NCBI RefSeq assembly: GCF_019464535.1
Contig: NZ_CP080507.1
Span: 3,060,001 to 3,092,000 of the forward strand
Source of the DNA: Horticoccus luteus
GTDB lineage: Bacteria > Verrucomicrobiota > Verrucomicrobiia > Opitutales > Opitutaceae
Length of the DNA: 32,000 nt
Direction: 5' to 3'
The notes under the pieces are model-generated. The model was given only the letters and a program-made list of their open reading frames with translations, had not been told where the DNA came from and made no database searches. Numbering within the stretch: the stretch's first letter is position 1; every line of letters starts with the position of its first letter. Shown here in pieces: positions 1 through 12,015 of this stretch. The position numbers and the translations under genes were made by a program.

Positions 1-410
1 TCTTCGAAAGCACCGAGATGGCGAAACTCCTGAAAGCCGTCGCCCGCATCGGCCTTGATATCACTCGCTTCAACGCGACGGAAGAGCCGCGCTATCTCCT
101 CACGGAAAATCCCGGCCAGAAGTCCGAGGCCAAGTCGGAGCTTTTCTCCCCCCTCGACATCGTCGCGCACATCCGCGCCAACGGCCGCAAGGGCCTCTCC
201 ATTCAACGTTACAAAGGTCTCGGGGAAATGAACCCGAAACAGCTCTTCGAAACGACGATGGATCCGGAAAAGCGCCGGCTCCTCAAAGTGTCGGTCAACG
301 ACGCCGCGAAAGCCGACCAGCTCTTCACGCTGCTGATGGGCGACGAAGTCCCGCCCCGCCGCCAATTCATCGAAGACAACGCCCTCAACGTGCAATACCT
401 CGACGTCTGA
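1..410 (+). CDS. gyrB: DNA gyrase subunit B, C-terminal fragment (5' end lies outside the window)
   Basis: The frame is open from the window edge to TGA at 408-410. The translation ends ...[30 protein letters not shown]...[25 protein letters not shown], the conserved GyrB C-terminus. It lies 75 nt upstream of gyrA. Confidence 0.9.
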   Translation, partial: FESTEMAKLLKAVARIGLDITRFNATEEPRYLLTENPGQKSEAKSELFSPLDIVAHIRANGRKGLSIQRYKGLGEMNPKQLFETTMDPEKRRLLKVSVNDAAKADQLFTLLMGDEVPPRRQFIEDNALNVQYLDV

Positions 411-484
411 GCCTTCGTCAGCGCCTCAGCGTTTCCTTGCTCCGACCCACCCGTCTTCGCGCTTCACCCGACCTCTTTCCCTGA

Positions 485-3064
<2,580 letters not shown>

Positions 3065-3085
3065 GTTCATTCGCTCGCCTTCCCG

Positions 3086-3117
3086 CCGCCGCTCCTCACC
3101 GAGCGGCGGTTTTTTTT
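3086..3117 (+). terminator. Rho-independent terminator of gyrA
   Basis: CCGCCGCTC (3086-3094), a 6-nt loop and GAGCGGCGG (3101-3109) form a perfect 9-bp stem, followed by T8 (3110-3117). It starts 22 nt after the gyrA stop. Confidence 0.85.
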
Positions 3118-3186
3118 GCGCACCCCCCGGCCGGATCCCCTCGCTTTTCAATCGATTCGGTCCGCGCAACTTTTCACCCTCCCGCC

Positions 3187-3951
3187 ATGGACGTCGCGCC
3201 TTACCGCTCCTTCATGCAGGAACTCGCCACCCGCAGCGGCGAATTCATCCGCCCGTTTTTCGGCCGTCCCGACCTCGTCGTGGAAACCAAGAGCGACGCC
3301 AGTCCCGTCACGGCCGCCGATCGCGGCGCGGAGGAACTCCTTCGCCAACTCATCGCCGCGAAATTTCCTGCGCACGGCATCCTCGGTGAGGAACTCGGCG
3401 CCGAAAACACCGACGCCGAATTCGTCTGGGTGCTCGACCCGATCGACGGCACGAAGTCGTTCATCACCGGCGTCCCGCTGTGGGGCACGCTCATCGCGCT
3501 GCTCCACGACGGCCAGCCCATCCTCGGCTGCATCCACCAGCCGATCCTCGGCCAGCTCCTGCTCGGCGACGGTGCCACGACCACGCTCAACGACCGCCCC
3601 GTGCGCTGCCGCGCCGTGACGCGCATCGAGGAAGCCACGCTGCTGACGAGCGATCCGTTCAATCCCGCGAAGTACCAAAATCGCACCGCATTCGAAGCGC
3701 TCGCCGCGCGCGCGCGACTCGTCCGCACTTGGGGCGATTGTTACGGTTACCTGCTGGTCGCCTCCGGCTATGCCGACGTAATGCTCGACCCCATCATGAA
3801 CCCGTGGGATATCGCCGCACTCGTCCCCATCATCCGCGGCGCCGGCGGCACGATCACCGACTGGCAAGGCGCCGCGCCCTTCCCCGCCGAGTCCACGATC
3901 GCCGCCGCGCCCGGGCTTCATGCCGAGGTAGTGGCCGCATTGCGCCGTTAA
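3187..3951 (+). CDS. Inositol monophosphatase family protein (IMPase / HisN-like phosphatase)
   Basis: 254 aa. Family motifs seen: GEE...(LGEELG), WVLDPIDGTKSF and WDIAA. Substrate specificity cannot be called from sequence alone. Confidence 0.85.
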   Translation: MDVAPYRSFMQELATRSGEFIRPFFGRPDLVVETKSDASPVTAADRGAEELLRQLIAAKFPAHGILGEELGAENTDAEFVWVLDPIDGTKSFITGVPLWGTLIALLHDGQPILGCIHQPILGQLLLGDGATTTLNDRPVRCRAVTRIEEATLLTSDPFNPAKYQNRTAFEALAARARLVRTWGDCYGYLLVASGYADVMLDPIMNPWDIAALVPIIRGAGGTITDWQGAAPFPAESTIAAAPGLHAEVVAALRR

Positions 3952-4014
3952 CCCCTTCCACCGCGCCCGCGCCCGGCCATCGCCCGCGCGCCCCAAAATT
4001 GTAGCCCACCGCCT

Positions 4015-6096
4015 TTGCCGTCATCGAATAAGTTTATGCCCGTCGCGTCCGGACATTCTACGTCGGTTCGCCCCCTCGCTCCGCGATCGGCCGCGCACAA
4101 CCCCTGGCTCGTGCTCGCCGCCGCTCTGGTTCTCGGGGCCGCGATCTTCCTCGTTTACGCCAACGTTCTCTCCGCGCCTTTTGTTTTCGACGATTCGAGC
4201 GCGATCGTGGACAACCCGTCCATCCGCCATCTCTGGCCGCCTGGCGACGCGCTCACTCCGCCCACCACCGCCGCCGGCGCTGTGGGTCGGCCCATCGTCA
4301 ATCTCTCCCTCGCGCTCAACTACGCCATCGGTGGACTCGAGGTTCGCGGTTACCATCTCTTCAATCTCGCCCTTCATTTCGCCGCCGCGCTCACCCTTTT
4401 CGGCCTCGTGCGCCGCACGCTCGTCCGGCCGACGGTGCGCGATCTGTTCGGTGCCGATGCACTCTGGCTCGCTTTCGGCATCGCCCTCTTGTGGGCGGTG
4501 CACCCGCTGCTCACCGAGTCGGTCGCGTCGGTGATTCAACGCTCGGAATTACTCGGCGCGCTTTTTTATCTCCTCACCCTTTACACGTTTGTCCGGAGTG
4601 TTGAAGACAACGCCTCCCGCGGTTGGGCCGCGCTCAGCATCGCCGCCTGCGTGCTCGGCGTCGCCGCGAAGGAAATCGTCGCGACCGCTCCGCTGGTCGC
4701 GTTGCTCTATGATCGCACGTTCGTCGCCGGCACATTTCGCGCGGCGTGGATTCGCCGGCGCTGGTTTTATGCCGGTCTCGCGGGATCCTGGCTGCTGCTC
4801 GCTCTGCTCATGGCGTCCAATCACGATCGGGGCGGCACCGTGGGCTTCGGCCTCGGAGTGAGCGTATGGCACTATGCGCTCACGCAATGCCGCGCGCTGG
4901 TGCTCTATCTTCGCCTCTCGCTGTGGCCCGCGCCGCTGGTCTTCGATTACGGCACGTCGGTTGCGCAAACCCTCGGCGCGGTTTGGTGGCAGGCCGTGCT
5001 GCTCGTTGCCCTCCTCGCCGGCACGGTCTTCGCCCTCGTGCGCCGGCCACGTGTGGGTTTCCTCGCGGGCGGATTTTTCGTGATCCTCGCGCCCAGTTCC
5101 AGCTTTGTGCCGCTGGCCACGCAAACCATCGCAGAGCACCGGATGTATCTGCCGCTCGCGGCGGTCGTGTCGCTCGCCGTGCTCGGCGCTTACCGCCTCG
5201 GCCAACGCTGGGCGCTCGCCGGTGTCGCGGCGCTGAGCTTGGTCGCCGCCGCCGCCACCGTGGATCGCAATTTTGACTATCGCTCCGCCATTGCGCTCTG
5301 GACGGATACTGTCGCGAAACAACCCGACAACGCCCGCGCGCACGTCAACCTCGGCAACGCCCTCGCCCTCGACCGACAAGTCGACGCCGCCCGCGCCGAG
5401 TTTCAACGCGCCTTGGATCTCGAGCCGCGCAACGCGCAGGCGTGTTTCGGCCTCGCCAACGCCCTCGTCGCGCGCGGTCAGTTCGCCGCGGCGGTCCCCC
5501 TCCTGCGGATCGCTCTCAGCGTTGAGCCCGACTATCCGCTCGCCGACTACGCCCTCGGCGATTGCCTCGTTCACCTTGGACAACTGGACGACGGACTCGC
5601 TCACTACCAACGCGCCGCGCAGCACCGGCCGGACGATGGCGATATTCTCCACGCCTATGCCAGCGCGCTGGACTTCGCCGGACGCGACGAAGCGGCCCTC
5701 GCGCAATATCAAGCCGCCCTGCGTCTCGCGCCGCACGATGTCTCGCTCCATCAGGAAATCGGCATGCTACTGGGGCGCATGGGACGGCCGGCCGAGGCGC
5801 TGCCCCATCTGCAAACCGTCGTGCAACGCGAGCCTGGCAATACGGCCATCCGCTTCGCGCTCGCGCACGTCCTCCTTGTCACCGACCGGGCCGACGAGGC
5901 CGCGCGTGAATTTTCCACCGTCGTGCGTGCGCAACCCGATGTCGCCGATGCGCACAATGGCCTCGGCCTCGCGCTCGCGGCCCTGCATCGCTGGGCGGAA
6001 GCACGTGCTGAGTTCGCGACGGCTTTGCGCCTCGACCCCACGCTCGACGAAGCACGCCAGAATTTAGCTCGCATGAACGCGGCGTTGAACCGCTGA
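4015..6096 (+). CDS. Polytopic membrane protein with C-terminal TPR array (TMTC / DUF1736-like putative glycosyltransferase architecture)
   Basis: 693-codon ORF from TTG 4015; the first in-frame ATG is at 4036. The N-terminal ~400 aa are strongly hydrophobic with about 9-10 TM segments, including RGYHLFNLALHFAAALTLF. The C-terminal ~270 aa are tandem TPR-like repeats (AHVNLGNALA, ACFGLANALV, AHNGLGLALA...). Confidence 0.85.
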   Translation: MPSSNKFMPVASGHSTSVRPLAPRSAAHNPWLVLAAALVLGAAIFLVYANVLSAPFVFDDSSAIVDNPSIRHLWPPGDALTPPTTAAGAVGRPIVNLSLALNYAIGGLEVRGYHLFNLALHFAAALTLFGLVRRTLVRPTVRDLFGADALWLAFGIALLWAVHPLLTESVASVIQRSELLGALFYLLTLYTFVRSVEDNASRGWAALSIAACVLGVAAKEIVATAPLVALLYDRTFVAGTFRAAWIRRRWFYAGLAGSWLLLALLMASNHDRGGTVGFGLGVSVWHYALTQCRALVLYLRLSLWPAPLVFDYGTSVAQTLGAVWWQAVLLVALLAGTVFALVRRPRVGFLAGGFFVILAPSSSFVPLATQTIAEHRMYLPLAAVVSLAVLGAYRLGQRWALAGVAALSLVAAAATVDRNFDYRSAIALWTDTVAKQPDNARAHVNLGNALALDRQVDAARAEFQRALDLEPRNAQACFGLANALVARGQFAAAVPLLRIALSVEPDYPLADYALGDCLVHLGQLDDGLAHYQRAAQHRPDDGDILHAYASALDFAGRDEAALAQYQAALRLAPHDVSLHQEIGMLLGRMGRPAEALPHLQTVVQREPGNTAIRFALAHVLLVTDRADEAAREFSTVVRAQPDVADAHNGLGLALAALHRWAEARAEFATALRLDPTLDEARQNLARMNAALNR

Positions 6097-6182
6097 CTCG
6101 CTCCGCACGTCTGGCCGGTGCGCCTGCCGCGGACTGCCGCCGGCACCCATTCTCTTCTTGGTGGCGCCGGGCCGCCGCCCGT

Positions 6183-6557
6183 TTACTTCCGCGAACGTCC
6201 GGGCGTTTTTTTCGCGTTCCAACTCGCCGTGACCCGCGAACTGAACCCACCGCGCGCTTTCCAGTCCGCGATGATCGTCAGTTCCCGCGGCCGCAACGCG
6301 CGGCCCAAATCGTCGCAAATCTTGTTCGTCGCCGCCTCGAAGAAGATCCCCTCGTTGCGAAACGCGTGGAAATACAGCTTGAGCGACTTGAGCTCCACGC
6401 AGCTCTTGTCCGCCACGTAGCGCACCGTGATGTCCGCGAAGTCGGGGTGGCCCGTCATCGGGCAAAGCGAGGTGAACTCGTGATGCGTGTGCTCAATCAC
6501 GTAGTCGCGTTGCGGAGCCGGATTGGCAAAAGTTTCGAGCAGCTTGGGATCGGCCAT
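6183..6557 (-). CDS. queF: NADPH-dependent 7-cyano-7-deazaguanine (preQ0) reductase, unimodular type
   Basis: 124 aa from ATG at 6557. The longer track ORF up to 6644 has an implausible N-terminus. Motifs: catalytic-Cys context TSLCPMTGHPDF and the QueF motif ELKSLKLYF. Confidence 0.9.
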   Translation of the reverse strand: MADPKLLETFANPAPQRDYVIEHTHHEFTSLCPMTGHPDFADITVRYVADKSCVELKSLKLYFHAFRNEGIFFEAATNKICDDLGRALRPRELTIIADWKARGGFSSRVTASWNAKKTPGRSRK

Positions 6558-6709
6558 GCGGAAAAGTAGTGAGAAGCGGATAGTGAGTAGCGAGTAGAAA
6601 TCCTCCGCCACCGACGCTCGCCTGGCGCTCTGGGCAACGCACATCTGTTCGCCACGCCCCCGACAATCGCCACCCGCTACTCATCACCCGCACTCGCTCC
6701 TCCCACGCG

Positions 6710-8329
6710 TCAGCCCGCTGTTTCTGTGAAACGGCTCTCGCGGATTACCGTAATCTTGATTGCGCACGGCGACTTGAGTTCGGTTTCGATCTTGCGGCGC
6801 AGGTCCTTCGCGATCTCCCGGGCGCGGTCATCGGTGACCGCATTTGGCGCCACCACGACGCGGATCTCCCGCCCCGCTTGAATCGCAAACGCCTGCTGCA
6901 CGCCTTCGATCGACGACGCCAGTTTCTCCAGCCGCTCGAGTCGTTGCACGTAATTCGCCATCGCTTCCACGCGCGCGCCGGGCCGGGTCGCGGAGATCAT
7001 ATCGGCCAGAATCAACAGGCCTGCGTAAACCGTTTCCGGTTTCACCTCTTCGTGGTGCGCCGCGATCGCGTTCACCACGATCGGCGTTTCGCCCAAGTGC
7101 TTCACAAACTCCGCACCCACATGCGCATGGCTGCCGCCAAGTTCGGAGGGCAACGCCTTGCCGATGTCGTGCAGCAAACCCGCGCGCTTCGCCACGTTCG
7201 GATCGAGCCCGGCCTCGCTGGCAATCATCGCGGCGAGTTCCGCCGTCTCGATCGAGTGCTCGAGCACGTTTTGATTGTAGGAAAACCGGTATTTCAAGCG
7301 CCCCACCCCGGCGATGATGTCGGGATGGAGACCATTGATGCGCAGCCGGCTGACCGCTTCCTCGCCGGCCTGAACCGCCATTGACTCCACATCCTCCTGC
7401 GCCCGGCGAACGCATTCCTCGATCATGGCCGGATGGATGCGCCCGTCTTTCACCAGAGCATCGAGCGCCGCTCGCGCCACTTCACGCCGCACGGGATCAA
7501 AGGACGACACCAGCACCGTCTGCGGCGACTCGTCGATCAAGAGCGTAGCCCCGGTCGCCGCTTCAAACGCTTTGATATTGCGCCCCTCGCGCCCGATGAT
7601 GCGGCCTTTCATTTCCTCGCTCGGCAACGCCACGATCGTCGAGGTGAGGTCATAGCTCGACCGCCCCGCCAGCCGCTGCATCGCCGCCAGGAGGATGCGT
7701 GCGGCTTCGTTATCCAGTTCACGCTCCGACTTCTCGAGCGTCTCGCGCTTCAACGCGCGCAACTCGTCCTGGCACTCGAGCATCACTTCTTCCCGCAACG
7801 TCCGGCGGATCTCCTCCGCATCCATTTGCGACACGCCTTCGAGCCGCTGCCGCAGGCTCTTCGACAGCGCCCGAATGGCATCGCGCGCCTGCCGCACCGC
7901 CGCGTTTTCGCGGTTCAACCGCTCCGAGCGCTGCTCCAGTTGAAAATCCAGCAGGGCCAATGATTCCTCGTGCGCGCGGATCTCCCGCAGCCGCACATCC
8001 GCCTCGATCTCCCGCCGGTCAAATTCGCGATTCAGATCCGCACGCTTCTCTTGGATCTCGCTCTCCGCCTTTTGTTTAATCTCCTCTGCGGTCACCGCCG
8101 CCTCCCGGCGCGCGACCTCGATCAATTCGGCCGCATTTTCCCGCGCCACGCGCCGGGTATGGCGTGTAAACGCCCAGACGACCCCAAAGCCCACGGCCAT
8201 GCCAAGGACCAAGGTCCAACTCAGTGTCCAATCGATCGGTTCGCTCGCTCCCAAGGACACCGTCACCACCGCTGCGCGCAGGATTATCACAAGAGGGGCG
8301 CACCCTAGGGGCACCGGTTGAAACCTCAA
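6710..8329 (-). CDS. rny: Ribonuclease Y
   Basis: N-terminal hydrophobic helix, a long charged coiled-coil region, a KH domain (GRIIGREGRNIKAFEAATG) and an HD domain (HSIETAELAA...GLLHDIGK). The start is uncertain: TTG at 8329, with other in-frame GTG/TTG candidates down to about 8230. Confidence 0.9.
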   Translation of the reverse strand: MRFQPVPLGCAPLVIILRAAVVTVSLGASEPIDWTLSWTLVLGMAVGFGVVWAFTRHTRRVARENAAELIEVARREAAVTAEEIKQKAESEIQEKRADLNREFDRREIEADVRLREIRAHEESLALLDFQLEQRSERLNRENAAVRQARDAIRALSKSLRQRLEGVSQMDAEEIRRTLREEVMLECQDELRALKRETLEKSERELDNEAARILLAAMQRLAGRSSYDLTSTIVALPSEEMKGRIIGREGRNIKAFEAATGATLLIDESPQTVLVSSFDPVRREVARAALDALVKDGRIHPAMIEECVRRAQEDVESMAVQAGEEAVSRLRINGLHPDIIAGVGRLKYRFSYNQNVLEHSIETAELAAMIASEAGLDPNVAKRAGLLHDIGKALPSELGGSHAHVGAEFVKHLGETPIVVNAIAAHHEEVKPETVYAGLLILADMISATRPGARVEAMANYVQRLERLEKLASSIEGVQQAFAIQAGREIRVVVAPNAVTDDRAREIAKDLRRKIETELKSPCAIKITVIRESRFTETAG

Positions 8330-8491
8330 GTTTTCTCGCGACGTTTTGCGCGCGATCCAGCCACGTCACCGCCGCCCCGTTCCTGACCGACCTCGAAACG
8401 GCGGCTCCGCGCGCATTTAACGCGTTCGGAAGTTTTCCCGGATTGCGCTGGCCGCGACGAACGGTTTCTTGAACCTGCCGTCTCCCTTGCC

Positions 8492-9739
8492 GTGAATCTC
8501 CGCACTCCTCTCGACTACTTCCGGGTGTTCCGCCCCACCACGCGCGAACGCTGGGATTGGGTCACGCCGGTGGGGATTCTCGGGCTCGCGCTGTTCGGCA
8601 TCGCATTTATCTACAGCGCTCAATTGGAGCGCCACGGCGATGACTGGATCAAGCAGGTGGTGTTCCTCGGCCTCGGCGCCATCATCTATACGGCCGTCGC
8701 CCTGATCGATTACCGTTTCTGGCTCAGCGTCGCCCACTGGATTTATCTCGTCTGCCTCATCCCGCTGGTGATCGTGCTCCTACCGGGCGTCGGTGGCGCC
8801 ACCACCGAAAAATGGGGCGCCAGTCGCTGGATTCCCCTTGGTCCACTCGGCACGTTTCAACCGTCCGAAACGGCCAAAGTCGCCGTGCTGCTCATCATAG
8901 CGAGCATTCTTATACGCTCGGAAATCGGCACCGTGAAGCAGTCGGTCGGGGCTCTCGGCAAATTGGCTCTTGCGGTAGGCGTGCCCATGTTACTTATCCT
9001 GCTCCAGCCCGATCTAAAATCGGCTATCGTTCTGCCCCCGATGGCGTTTTCCATGCTTTATGTGTCCCGGCTGTCCGCCCGCTTTTTCGGGGTCGCCTTG
9101 GGCGCGTTCATTCTCCTGGTCGCTGTGGTGACGTGGGACAGTTACAGCTATGTGCAGTTTATGGATCGGCACGGGTATTCTTACCTGACGGACCGCGGCA
9201 AATATGAAGCCCAGTCCTTCGTTCCGCTCCACGATTACCAGCGCAACCGCATCCTCGCCTTCGCCGCGCCTGAAAAGATCGACCCGAAGGGCACGGAAAA
9301 TACCTACAACCTCACCCAGTCGCTTATTTCCGTCGGCTCCGGCGGCCTCATGGGCAAGGGTTGGACGAAGGGCACGCAGGCGCAATTGGGCTACCTGCCC
9401 CGTTCGGTCGCGCATAACGATTTTATCTTCTCGGTCATCGCCGAGGAAAAAGGATTTTTGGGAAGCCTCACGGTTCTCGGCTTGTTTGGATTGGTGTTGT
9501 TCAACGGCATACGCATCGCGGGCCTCGCCCGCGACCGCTTCGGCACTTTGCTCGCCATTGGCGTCACGGTGCTCTTTACGGTGCATGTGTTTGTGAACAT
9601 CGCCATGACCATCGGGCTGGTGCCCATCACGGGCATACCACTTCCCTTCATCAGCTACGGTGGCTCCTTTGTGCTTAGTTGCTGCATGCTGCAAGGACTG
9701 GTCCAGAGCGTCTATCGCTTCAGGAAGGATTTCACATGA
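8492..9739 (+). CDS. rodA: SEDS-family peptidoglycan glycosyltransferase RodA
   Basis: 415-aa polytopic membrane protein with a GTG start. DYQRNRILAF...SGGLMGKGWTKGTQAQLGYLP...HNDFIFSVIAEEKGF resembles the RodA signature (GKGW..GTQSQL.FLPE.HTDFIFAV) more than the FtsW one. Confidence 0.88.
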   Translation: MNLRTPLDYFRVFRPTTRERWDWVTPVGILGLALFGIAFIYSAQLERHGDDWIKQVVFLGLGAIIYTAVALIDYRFWLSVAHWIYLVCLIPLVIVLLPGVGGATTEKWGASRWIPLGPLGTFQPSETAKVAVLLIIASILIRSEIGTVKQSVGALGKLALAVGVPMLLILLQPDLKSAIVLPPMAFSMLYVSRLSARFFGVALGAFILLVAVVTWDSYSYVQFMDRHGYSYLTDRGKYEAQSFVPLHDYQRNRILAFAAPEKIDPKGTENTYNLTQSLISVGSGGLMGKGWTKGTQAQLGYLPRSVAHNDFIFSVIAEEKGFLGSLTVLGLFGLVLFNGIRIAGLARDRFGTLLAIGVTVLFTVHVFVNIAMTIGLVPITGIPLPFISYGGSFVLSCCMLQGLVQSVYRFRKDFT

Positions 9740-9832
9740 GATCCCTTCTTCGCGCTACGCACCGCTCTGCCGGGATTTCCTGCACTGCAACGTCTGCACC
9801 GGCCGCCGTGGTCCCGCCAAAACCACCGCACC

Positions 9833-11581
9833 ATGAGCGATCAATCGCAATCCCACCCCGACTCCCCGTCGGATGTTTCCCAACGCTACGATGAAGAACT
9901 CGCGCAAGCCCCAGCCCCGGTCAGCGCCGATTCTGTCAATCCCACCGAGTTAAAAGCCGGCGCCCTCGACCGCTCCAAACAGCGGCCTTTTCTCCAAAAA
10001 GTCCTCGCTGTCTTTCAAAAGGAAAAGAGTTCCTACCGCGAACTCATCATCAATTCCGAGCCCCTCGAGCGCCGGGTCGCTCTGCTCGTAGACGGCCGCC
10101 TCGAGAAATTCGAGATCGAGCGCCAGTCCGACGACCGCATGGTCGGCGGTATCTACAAAGGTCGCATCAAGAACCTCGATCCCGGCCTCAAGGCCGCCTT
10201 TGTCGACATCGGCTACGCCAAAAACGCGTTTCTCCATTACTGGGACATGCTCCCCGCCGCCGCCGATTCCTCCGTTGAGGTCGTCCGCGTCAACCGCCGC
10301 AAAGACGCACCCGCCCGCTCCGCCGAGCCGACCGTCAAGGATATCCCCAACCTCTACCCGCCCGGCTCCGACATCGTCATCCAAGTCACCAAAGGCCCCA
10401 TCGGCACCAAGGGCCCGCGCACCACGACCAATCTCTCGATCCCCGGGCGTTACCTGATTTTGATGCCCTTCTCCGAGGGCTGTGGCATCTCGCGCAAGAT
10501 CGAGGATCCGCAGGAGCGGAAACGCCTCAAACAGATGCTCAACGAACTCACCATCCCCGAGGGCATGGGCGTGATCGTGCGCACCGCCGGCGAAGGCAAA
10601 AAGACGCGTTACTTCGTGCGCGACCTGCACCTCCTCCTCAAGAAATGGGAGGAAATCTCCACCAAGACCGCCAACGATCGCGCGCCCGCGTGCCTCTATC
10701 AGGAGCCCGATCTCGTCGAACGCACCGTCCGCGACTTCCTCACCGAAGAGGTCGACCGCGTGCTCATCGACAACAAGGCCGATCACGAACGCACCCAGGC
10801 ACTCGTCGGCCAGATCTCCCAACGCTCCCGCGGCCGCATCGGCCTTTACAACGACAGCATCCCGATCTTCGAACGCTTCAACATCGAGCGCCAGATCGAG
10901 CAGACCGCGCAACGCAAAGTCGGCCTCCCCTCCGGCGGCGAAATCGTCATCGACGAAACCGAGGCCCTCATCTCGATCGACGTTAACACCGGCTCCCACA
11001 AAAACCGCGGCGGCGACGAGAAAAATACCATCTACGCCGTCAACCTCGAAGCCGCCACCGAAGCCGCCCGCCAGATCCGCCTCCGCAACCTCGGCGGCCT
11101 CATCATCATCGATTTCATCGACATGAAGGAGCGCCGCCACCGCAACGCCATCTACGAAAAAATGGTCGCGGAAATGGCGCAGGACAAAGCCAAGAATCAC
11201 ATCCTCCCCATCTCCACGCTCGGCATCATGCAAATGACCCGCCAGCGCCAGCAGGAGTCGCTCTCGAGCAATCTCTATACGGACTGCCCGTATTGCCGAG
11301 GCCGCGGCATCGTGAAGAGCGCCACGACGATGTCGGTCGAACTGCAACGCAAGCTCTCCTCCGTTCTCCGCCGCCTGCAACTCCGCAGCGATGTGAAGGA
11401 ATACTCCCTGCGCGTCCTCGTCCACCCAAGCATCTTGGAACGGCTCCGCAGCGAAGACGCGGAATTGCTCGTGCGCATGGAGAAACTTTACGGCGCCAAA
11501 CTCGCCTTCCGTGCGGACCTCAACTACCACGTCGAAAACTTCAAAATCATCAACGCCCTCACCGGCGAAGAATACCGCTAA
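9833..11581 (+). CDS. rng: Rne/Rng-family endoribonuclease (RNase G-like, no long RNase E scaffold tail)
   Basis: 582 aa. It has an S1 domain ([31 protein letters not shown]), a catalytic core ([20 protein letters not shown]) and a Zn-link-like CPYCRGRG. The N-terminal extension is about 70 aa. The TAA stop is at 11579-11581. Confidence 0.88.
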   Translation: MSDQSQSHPDSPSDVSQRYDEELAQAPAPVSADSVNPTELKAGALDRSKQRPFLQKVLAVFQKEKSSYRELIINSEPLERRVALLVDGRLEKFEIERQSDDRMVGGIYKGRIKNLDPGLKAAFVDIGYAKNAFLHYWDMLPAAADSSVEVVRVNRRKDAPARSAEPTVKDIPNLYPPGSDIVIQVTKGPIGTKGPRTTTNLSIPGRYLILMPFSEGCGISRKIEDPQERKRLKQMLNELTIPEGMGVIVRTAGEGKKTRYFVRDLHLLLKKWEEISTKTANDRAPACLYQEPDLVERTVRDFLTEEVDRVLIDNKADHERTQALVGQISQRSRGRIGLYNDSIPIFERFNIERQIEQTAQRKVGLPSGGEIVIDETEALISIDVNTGSHKNRGGDEKNTIYAVNLEAATEAARQIRLRNLGGLIIIDFIDMKERRHRNAIYEKMVAEMAQDKAKNHILPISTLGIMQMTRQRQQESLSSNLYTDCPYCRGRGIVKSATTMSVELQRKLSSVLRRLQLRSDVKEYSLRVLVHPSILERLRSEDAELLVRMEKLYGAKLAFRADLNYHVENFKIINALTGEEYR

Positions 11582-11590
11582 CGTGTATGG

Positions 11591-11668
11591 TGACATTAAT
11601 TCCGTGTCGCTGACACGAATTCCGTGATGCAGACATGAATCCCATGCCACGCTGACAGTAATTCCGTA
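11591..11668 (+). repeat. Four phased direct copies of a 16-bp motif (consensus TGACANNAATTCCGTG), period 20-22 bp
   Basis: Units are at 11591-11606, 11611-11626, 11631-11646 and 11653-11668, with 12-14/16 identity to unit 1. Unit 1 lies inside the 23-bp terminal inverted repeat. A degenerate in-phase fifth unit is at 11673-11688. Confidence 0.85.
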
Positions 11669-11693
11669 GTATCGACACAACAGCCACTACTTG

Positions 11694-11726
11694 AAAGGGC
11701 ACCCCCACCGGTGCCCTTTTTCTTTC
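11694..11726 (+). terminator. Rho-independent terminator (currently the first terminator downstream of rng)
   Basis: AAAGGGCACC, loop CCCACC and GGTGCCCTTT form a stem of 7 G/C-rich bp extendable to 10 bp, followed by TTCTTTC. Confidence 0.8.
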
Positions 11727-12015
11727 ACGGTGTCCTGCCAAGCTGGTATTGAAATTTTTGTTCGGATTCAGAGACCGCCACTGCCATCCACTGATTGTCC
11801 CTCGTCCGCCCCCAGCAAACACGGAACCAAAGACTGCAACGCAGTGCTCCTCAACGCCTGCACAGGCATCCGGCGTCATGCTGCTACCGGCAGCGATACG
11901 ATTTCCTGACGCCCGTGGCCAACCACACTAGCGACGTGACAGACCCAATAGGCATATTGGTGATAGGCTTTGAGACTGCTCGTCGGTTTATTTCCGGCGC
12001 GGCTGGACAGCCTGC

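Noticed and set aside
6558-6709. preQ1 riboswitch upstream of queF. I also noted CTCACTA/CTACTC pyrimidine-rich repeats and an 8-nt complementarity between 6585-6592 and 6675-6682.
   Set aside because: I could not find a short P1 hairpin followed by the A-rich tail characteristic of preQ1-I. An 8-nt match within 150 nt is not statistically meaningful. A covariance-model scan (Rfam) would settle it.
11591-11668. Possible CRISPR array
   Set aside because: The repeats are only 16 bp with 4-6 bp between them, the copies are degenerate and no cas genes are present.
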